A stretch of DNA of 64,000 nt from the human T2T-CHM13v2.0 reference genome, Homo sapiens. The position numbers were made by a program, and so were the translations under genes. Shown here one piece after another: positions 54,846 through 64,000 of this stretch. The notes beneath the pieces were generated by a model. It did no database searches and was not told the origin of the DNA. It saw only the letters and a list, made by a program, of their open reading frames with translations. Within the stretch, counting starts at the first letter, position 1. Each line of letters opens with the position of its first letter. The stretch lies in the NCBI RefSeq assembly GCF_009914755.1, contig NC_060925.1. One strand, written 5' to 3'.

Positions 54846-56847
54846 CCTGCCCCACCACCCCCCTGCACCCCACCTGCTCTGGGTACTAGAGGGAGCAGAA
54901 AAGGCAACTGAGTTGCAAGACACATACTACACATTTGCAAGGTATTTACTGTAATCCATTTCACCTCACCTACCACTGGCATGATCTTCTGAATGAAAAG
55001 AGCCTCTTTTTGAAATGCAACCCCCAGACTTTCTTTTTAATTTACAACATATAGCATTCTTTTCTTCTTTAGTGGAGAGGGCTGGGAACGGATTTCCATT
55101 TGGCTCCTGGACTGGTATATTTATTTGGTAAACAGAAAATGGCCTTGCAGAAATATAGAGGTTGTGGGAGCCAAAAGAATCATCTCATCTCCTAGGAACC
55201 AATTAGGATCCTTAAACGGCAAAACTCCCATTAAAAAAAAAAAATTACAAAGCCCTCTGAAGAGGCACACTCTTAGAATTACCCCTGAAAGTTCCCACTA
55301 AATTGGCAAAGGAGCGAGGCTCTGGGACACTTTGGTAGAAAGTTAGGCAGCAGTTTGACACAAAGCAATTAGGGGAGGAGACGGAGTGTCAAACCTGCGG
55401 CAGGCAGACATACAAACATGATGTATTGATTTTGGCAGTGGTTCCCATTACTTTTTGTCAGAAGCCAGCCAAGTTGAAAAACCACTGGCAGCCTAGGTCG
55501 AAAGCTGAACTGAGAGCTGGGGTCCAGTGGGCCTCTGCTCAATTCTGTAGCCTTGCATCTGTTTTGGGGGCCTCATGTCTAGCTGAAAAAATGCTAGAGC
55601 CATGAAACCTACGCCCAGGTTGCTAACCTTTCTCAACAATCCCAAGTAAACCATTTACCTAATGAAGTTGAAAGTTTCCTCTGTTCAACTGAGTGCTAAG
55701 AAATAAAAGGGAACTCCCTTAACCTGCCCAACTGGTTCTGAGACTTGAAACAGGTTCAGTACCTTTATTTAACATATAACCCAGGACACGAGTTCCAGCT
55801 CCACTCCGACTCTGTTCACAGCAACACCCCAAATCCTACCATACACACCACCTCCCCATACAGATTTCCCTCTTTAACAAATCCTAAAGATGTAAGTGTC
55901 ACGCATTTGTCTTCAGGATTCACAGGAAGGCAACTAATTTTAAGAGAAGCATTTTGTGGTAACAAAGAAGAGGGAAGAATGCCTAAGTGAATGACAATCG
56001 TAGAAACAGCCAATTAACTGGTAAATCCCTGTGGTCTGCAAGCTGAACCAGGAACGAGTGCGGGAGGAGGAAAAGCAGCTGCAGCCCAATTAAACTCAGT
56101 AGCTCAGATACCTCCGGAGGATTCTTACTTGTGGTTTACCTAAACAGACCTGCTTTCTCAGAGATCTTAGGAGACCGCTATACAGAAGCACAGACTCTGA
56201 TGATTTCCTTCTTTATTATTGTGGGCAACTGAGCTAAAATATGCATATAAGCAAATTAAGAAGATGGGAGGGTCACCAGCCTCAGAAAACATACTTTTCT
56301 TGGCCTCTGGGTAGAAGACAGAGGGAGACTGCTGGATCCTGCAATAAACCAGACTAAAGCAACCGTATACACGCACAGTCCAACAGCTGGAGGAAATAAT
56401 TTCAGAACTGGCATCCACTTAGCAAGTCTTTGAGAATCCAACTGATCCTTCAATTAATGAGTTCAGAGAATCCAGAATACCCTGTTTTGAAATGGGCTGT
56501 CACAGAAAGATGATGTTATGCAACCCTAGGGGTTGGGCATCCTGGTCAGGCCCATGAAATATTCTCTTTGCCTGTTTTTTCATGTTTCCTTTTTCCCATA
56601 TTTCTTCCATATGGACAGAATTTTCCAACTTCAATTCCTGACCAAAATACAGACTTCATCTTCATTCAATAAATCCCTATGAAGAGCTTGACTCATCCCT
56701 AGAGCACTGCTCAACTAGGGAAGATTCTCTCAGTCTGGTCCTGGACTATCTGAGTCCAGGGCTGAATTAAGCCACCTGGGCTGCTTGCTTAAAAGACCCG
56801 CAACCTAGAATTAAAATCTCCTTGGTACCCAAAACACTTGTGCTAAT

Positions 56848-56902
56848 CTTTTTTTTTTTTTTTTTTTTTTGAGATAGAGTCTCACTCTGTCACCCAAGCT
56901 GG
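56848..56902 (-). mobile_element. Alu 3'-end stub (poly-T plus about 32 nt)
   Basis: t(n)gagatagagtctcactctgtcacccaagctgg, then abrupt end. Confidence 0.85.
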
Positions 56903-56909
56903 CGGGTAC

Positions 56910-59900
56910 TTTAAAATGAATTCCAGACTCTTATCCTCTTATCCTTTCATCCATTAGTTCTTCAGTGCATTTCTGTAGCAGATAAAGACTTTTTTTTTTA
57001 ACATAATCACAATGCCAGCATCATACCCAACATTAACTATAATTTCTTAATATTAATTATCAAATTCTCAGTCTGTTATCAGTTTTCCACAGTAGCCTCA
57101 AGATGTCTTTTTGCATTTGGTTTATTCACATCAGGATTCAAAATGATCCATACATTGTGTTTGGTCGGGATGCCTCTTTTAATTTATAATAGCTACCTCC
57201 ATTATTTTAGTGTCATTTATTTGTTGAGGAAACTGTATCATTCCTCCTGCAGAATTTCCCACTTTCTGGATTTGACTGATTATATCTTCGCAGTGCTGTT
57301 TTTAACATGTTTCCATATCTCTCTCATTTCCTGTAAGCTGGTGGTTAGAAGTTTGATTAGATTCAATTTTTTTTTTTTTGCAAGAATATTCCACAGGTGG
57401 GGGAACATTATGCCTGGCTGTTTCACTTTTAGTTAAGGTTGATCAGTGGGTTCAAGTGTGGTCAGCCTGATCCATCCACTATAAAGTTCTCCATTAACAT
57501 TTTATTTAATGGCTCCGGCAGGCAATTTGATCACCGCCTGGTTCTATTTCAGTGATTTTCTAGTTCTGTCTTTCCTCCTGCATTTATTAGCTATGATTCT
57601 TCTAGAGAGAAGACATTTTCTTTATAAAATATTTGGTTACCAAGAAATTCAGTCTGTACAGGAAAGACAAGATAAAAGCTTTATTCTTTCCTTTTATTTA
57701 TCATTTTCATATTTATCCGAATGATTGATGCCCTAGTATTCCCCAAAGATGACTGATGAAGTTTTCTTTCTTATAGAGGAGGGACGTTATGAGCTCATAG
57801 ATTTTAACATACTTGATGTGTTTCAATCTATTGCAGTCATTACTTTTTTTCATGTTCAAACTGTCCCTCCTTGGCCAATGGGGACCACTTCAAGTTGGCT
57901 TCTCTGTTTGTCTTCTTGACATGAACTCGTAATCTCCATGATTTTCTCGCTTTCAGTTATGGCAAGATGTTCCAGGCTCATCTATTGCAGATCCGTAAGT
58001 AGCCATTTCTCCAAGGAACCCTGATTCTGTTTAGTGGGTAATGGTCCTTAGAGATTATAATCTGGGCTCTAGGGGTGCCCATTGCTCATCAATCTTGGCC
58101 ATTTTCTTTGGCTAGAGCTAGGAAATATGCACTATTTTAAAAGAGAAAAAGTAAATTATGAATTTATACTTATATTTCCAATTCAAATAAAGATTATATT
58201 TTTATATACTTCGGTTTTATATTTTTATTCCTTTTCTCTTATGCTGAAAAGCTTGGCTCCTAATGATATTAACATAGTTATGTATTTTCTCTCTTTCTCT
58301 TTCTCCAAATTGGTACAAAATACCAATATTGCAACTAGCATAATAATACTGAAGGCAATAAAAATTTCTTTGTGTGTATATTTGTCCTCAAAATATATGT
58401 GTGTATATTTGTTTCAAAATCACTTAAAATAATTCTCTTTATGTTTATAGAATCAACTTGGTATATAGCTAGGTTTATTCGTTTTAGATTTTCAAGTAAA
58501 CTTTTTATTTCATATGTTTCGGATGTACAGAAACATGATGAGGATAATACAAAGAGTTCTCATCTCTCTCACACCCAGTTTACCCTATTATTTACATTTT
58601 ATGTGAATGTGGTGCTTTTGCCACAATTAATGAACCAATGTTGATACATTACTGGAGTCCACACTTTATTCAGATTTTTTTAGTTTTTACTTAATGTTCT
58701 TTTTCTGTTCCAGGACATTTGGAAATCATGTCTGCTTAGGCTTTCCTTGGCTGTGATGGTTTCTCAGACTTTGTTTTTGATAACCTTGACAGTTTGAGGA
58801 ATATTGGTCTGGTATTTTGTCAAATGTCCCTCAGCTGGGATTTATCTGATATTTGTCTCATGATGAGACTGGAATTATGTGGTTTTGGGAGGAAGACAAC
58901 AGAGATAAAGTGCTATTTTCATAACATATCAAAGGTACATAGTATCAACATGACAACTTATCACTGTTGCTGTTGACCTTGATCACCTGGCTGAGGTAGT
59001 GTTGGTCAGGTTTCTCCACTGTAAAGTTACTTTTTTCCCACCCTTTCTGTATTTTTTTTGGGGGGAGTGGGAAGAAAGTCACTATGCACAGCGCACACAT
59101 AAGGAATAGGGAATTATGCTCCATCTCATTGAAGGTGGATATTTCCATACATTATTTGGAATTCTTTTGCATGTGAGATTTGTCTCTTATTATTTATTTA
59201 AAAATTTATTTACATCAGTATGGACTCAGATATTTACTGAATACTTTGAGTTATAACCCAATTCTATTTTATTTATTTTATTGCTCAAATTGGTTCAGCA
59301 TTAGCCATTGGGAGCGCTTCAATTGACTTTTGTGTTCTTTAGACATGACCCCTTCATTTTTTTTTTCTTTTTGAGCACTTTCTTACTTTCTGGTACTACA
59401 AGATGCTCCAGGCTTATCTTGTAGTTTTCCTGACCCAATCCTAAAATCAGCCATTTCTACAGGGAGCTCTGGTTCCCCTCATTGGATAATGGTATCAGAA
59501 ACTAAGATCTGGGCGCTAGATGTGTTTGTTGCTACTGGGGTGTCATTGCTTCTAGCTCCTCTCAGCTGACAGGCCAAGGAAATATATGCATGTAGACTAA
59601 CTTGTGCATATACGCATATCTCTAAGTATTTCTATGTGTAAGCATCTGTGTCTATATTCAGCTAGACATGAGTTCATACTAATGTCTCCAACTCTAAGCC
59701 ATTGCTGTGTGGCTCATTCTGGCTTCTTCCCCTTGCTTATCTGAAACCTCCCACCCCAACAGTAGAAACCTGGCTGCCAACCATTTACTTAATTGTTTAA
59801 TTCCAGCATACATACATAACTATTTCCATTTGTTTTTAATGTTTTCTTTTGGTTAATTTTGTTTTTGAATTATGTAAAATGCTTGGTTCCAAAGTCAAAA

Positions 59901-60640
59901 CATAAACCAAGATACTTTCAGGGAGGTCCATCTTTGACCCCAGTTCCCTCCCCACTGATTTCCCCTCCATCACAGATAGCAATTTTTGTTGGTTTTCAAT
60001 TTAATCTTCCATTGTTTCCTTTGGAAAACACAAGCAAATGTATAAATAGTCATATTGCCTCCTTTCTTGCATAAATTGTAACATAAATTGTAGCATATCA
60101 CACACATTTCTCTTCACCTCGCTGTGTTTACTTACCAATAGATCCTGGAGATCATCCAGAATATCCTGTAGTGATCCTTCCTCATCCCTGCACCGTCCTC
60201 TTTTGTATGGATGTACCACAGTTAACAAGTCCTCTACCGATTGACATTGACATATTTTCCAGTCTTTCACTTTTATAAATAGTAAAAATAGTAAAGAATA
60301 GCTTTGAACACACAGCATTTCAGATTTTTGCCTGTGTATCTTCAGGATAGAGTCCCCAAACTGAGACTACTGGGTCAAAAAGAGCATACATATAATACTG
60401 CTAGATGCTGCCAAATTCCTTCCTTAAGGGATATATCTTTTTGCATTCTCACCAGCAGTGTATGAGAGGTCCCTTTTCCCTATAGCTTTGTCATCAGAAT
60501 TTTTTTTTTTTTTCACATTTTTGCTTATCTGGGTGGTGACAGTCAGTGAAATGGTGCATATCTCTTATTCTGATGAGGTCTAGCATCTTTTAGAACATTT
60601 AAACATCATGTACAGTTCTTATTTTGCATACTGTCTGTTT
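56910..60640 (-). mobile_element. Cluster of old L1 (L1MC4/5 with nested L1MC1-3-like at about 58495-59820; L1ME-like from about 59830)
   Basis: Antisense 3' UTR motifs such as agccatttctccaaggaaccctg, acaattaatgaaccaatgttgatacattac, ttgcattctcaccagcagtgtatgaga. Confidence 0.8.
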
Positions 60641-60871
60641 CTACCTATGTGCACTAAAGTTTGAGAGCCACTGCCCTGGTGAATATAAGAAGAGCATGGA
60701 ACATAGACCCTTATTCTGGAAGGAACATACATGGGTTTGCCCAAATGACATGCCCAAAACGACAATAGAGACACAAACATCATGACTTTAACTTTTGAAG
60801 TCCTTGGCACAGATGAAATGTTTTGAGTTCAGAGAATAGAGATAACTGTGTAGAAATTAGGGAAGGCTTCC

Positions 60872-61304
<433 letters not shown>

Positions 61305-61324
61305 TTAATATAAGGAGAGGAAGC

Positions 61325-61485
61325 AGTACGCTTTGCTCTGGAGTCAGACTTCCTGGGCTCCAATCACAGCCTCTCTGTTTTATTAGCTAGTTTCAGACTC
61401 TGCATCTGTAAAATGAAGGTAATAATAGTACCAATCTCAAAAGGTTGTTGTGAGGATTAAATGAAAAAAAAAAATGCTTAGCACA
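61325..61485 (+). mobile_element. MIR
   Basis: gctctggagtcagacttcctggg...catctgtaaaatgaaggtaataatagtacc..ggttgttgtgaggattaaatga. Confidence 0.82.
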
Positions 61486-61859
61486 AAAACGTAGAGGACC
61501 ACCTGACTGGAGTCAAATGTTCTCTTTTTGGAATTGTGGGAGGTTCTGTTGAAAAATATAGACGAGCTCAGATAACACAGGACATCAAACTCTATGCTCA
61601 GGAGTCTGGATTTCATCTAAAAGTGAAGAAAGAGGCACTGAAGGGAGCTTTTAAAGCAAGAGACTGACAAAGTGAAGGTGTCTTCATCTGTGTGTAACCA
61701 GAATGCTGAACAAGGAGGACTCTTGAAGTGTAATGAGAAAGAGACTTTATTTTGGACTTCCACTGCGTCTAAAATGGGGCAAGTTCTTTCCCTGCTCATA
61801 GTTTTAATTCAATAGTTAATAGTGTGCAGGGCCAACATAATGATTAGAATTCAAAGCTA

Positions 61860-62164
<305 letters not shown>

Positions 62165-63269
62165 CTAAACTTTATTCTATTCTCTGTTAGGTCCTTCTGC
62201 AGGTGGGAGGAAAAGGAGGGCTGCAGCTTCTCTTTCACTTGACTGACACATCCCCTCTCCTCAGCCTTCTAACCAACGGGGATTTCTGGCCTCTCTGTGG
62301 CTGAAGAGGGGGAAAGGAAGAAAGCAGGGAAGTTCTTATTTGACTAGTACTATCCCAATAGTGCTTCACAATTTGGACACCTGTTTTAAAGCTGACTTAT
62401 GGACTTTTTTTGTGGGTTCTTGGGAGGCTCCATTGGGAACTTTCAGCAGCATTTCCTGTGATGCAGTTTCCTCTGAATGACACCCTCCTCAGCCCCAGTT
62501 TCCCAGCAGCCCCCTCTAGGCAGCAGCCCTTTCTAGGCAGACCTCCAGGTGGTTCTGTCAGGCCGACTTCAAAATGGCTCCAGGCCAGCTCTCAGCCTGA
62601 CACGATCCACATCCATTCCATGAGAATTATCATCACATTTTTTGTCTCCACAAACTGCCTGTGTAGGCTGCCCAGTGCAAGCCGTGCTCCTCCACCCTGG
62701 CCATCAGAACAACTAGCCAGCTCATCTTTACCTTTTGGATTTTCTAGTCCAGAGTCAGACACCAGTCTATGAGGTCTCCCCAACTGCTAGTGCCACACAT
62801 CACGCTCCCCAAATGATCCCCCTGAAACCCATCTCTATTGACTTGAGTAGAAAAGGGAAGCAGCCCTCCCCTACACTTGGGAGGAATGGCATTCACAGCC
62901 GGGTCACACATTACCTTTGCTCACATCTCACTATCTCCAGTCTCAGGTCTTTTATATTACAGTGGGATCTTATTTGGGCATTTAAGGATCTCCTTGGCCA
63001 CTGACTTTGAAATTTTTGCATGGTAGTGTTTTTAAAATGTAGCACCTATTGTCTTCTTGTTTTAGCAAAATGGAGATAGAAGAGTCTAATTTTAGAACCC
63101 TATTAACATATCTTTCTCCAGTACACAGCACAGTGCCTAGCCCTTGGTGAGTAGTGACTGGTGCACTAGGAAGAAGGCTCTAGCTCAAGTTCATATGATA
63201 GATGGGTGTGTGGTAGAAGGAAGACCAGTTTGAATCTGCTGGGATCCAGAAATAAGACAAAATTTGTGT

Positions 63270-63522
63270 AGATTAGGGATATTTCACCCAGAAAAGAATA
63301 CTTAGAGGGGCATAGTAATTCTCAGCATAGGTACAGAAAATGACAGTCATGTAGGAAGGAGGAAAGACAATTCATTTTGTTGAAGAGGAGGAATTAAGAC
63401 AATTGGGTAAATTTGGACAACAACAGATTTGAATTCAGTGCAAGACTTTTCTGATATCAATGGCATCATAGCCTGCCCTTGTAGTGAGTGTCCCATCATT
63501 AAAAGTGTGCAAGCAGAGATTT
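63270..63522 (+). mobile_element. CR1/L3 LINE 3' fragment
   Basis: cagatttga.ttcagt..aagacttttct...gtagtgagtgtcccatcatt.aaagtgtgcaagcagag. Confidence 0.6.
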
Positions 63523-63529
63523 GATTTTC

Positions 63530-64000
<471 letters not shown>

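Noticed and set aside
62504-62540. 17-bp tandem duplication cagcagccc(cc/tt)tctagg
   Set aside because: Only two units, ordinary slippage; not an array. The same applies to tgtacacatc x2 near 44453-44473.

Overview
This window is primate (catarrhine, human-like) non-coding genomic DNA, either intergenic or deep-intronic; AluY, AluS and AluJ elements are all present. I found no supportable protein-coding exon, RNA gene or processed pseudogene, and I could not identify the locus. The listed ORFs are chance ORFs or translations of repeats (Alu, L1 ORF2, MaLR internal). Much of the window is interspersed repeat: about 20 Alu elements or monomers, L1 (MA, MC, MD, ME, PA), L2, MIR, CR1, MaLR/ERVL/ERV1 LTRs and Tigger/MER DNA transposons. 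Family names come from my recall of consensus sequences, not from a search. The best-supported structures are: (1) a nested insertion stack at 0.2-6 kb with recoverable target-site duplications (TSDs); (2) a full-length MSTA provirus with an exact 5-bp TSD; (3) an Alu cluster in which one target site was used twice, leaving three TSD copies; (4) a 128-bp, ~94%-identical inverted pair of L1PA 3' ends around a TA-rich spacer; (5) an old ~81%-identical local duplication (48.3 kb and 51.1 kb) not explained by a repeat I recognise; (6) a small non-repeat CpG-rich patch at 31.9-32.5 kb that may be a promoter or enhancer. I see no evidence for a new biological system; the findings concern genome evolution and candidate regulation.
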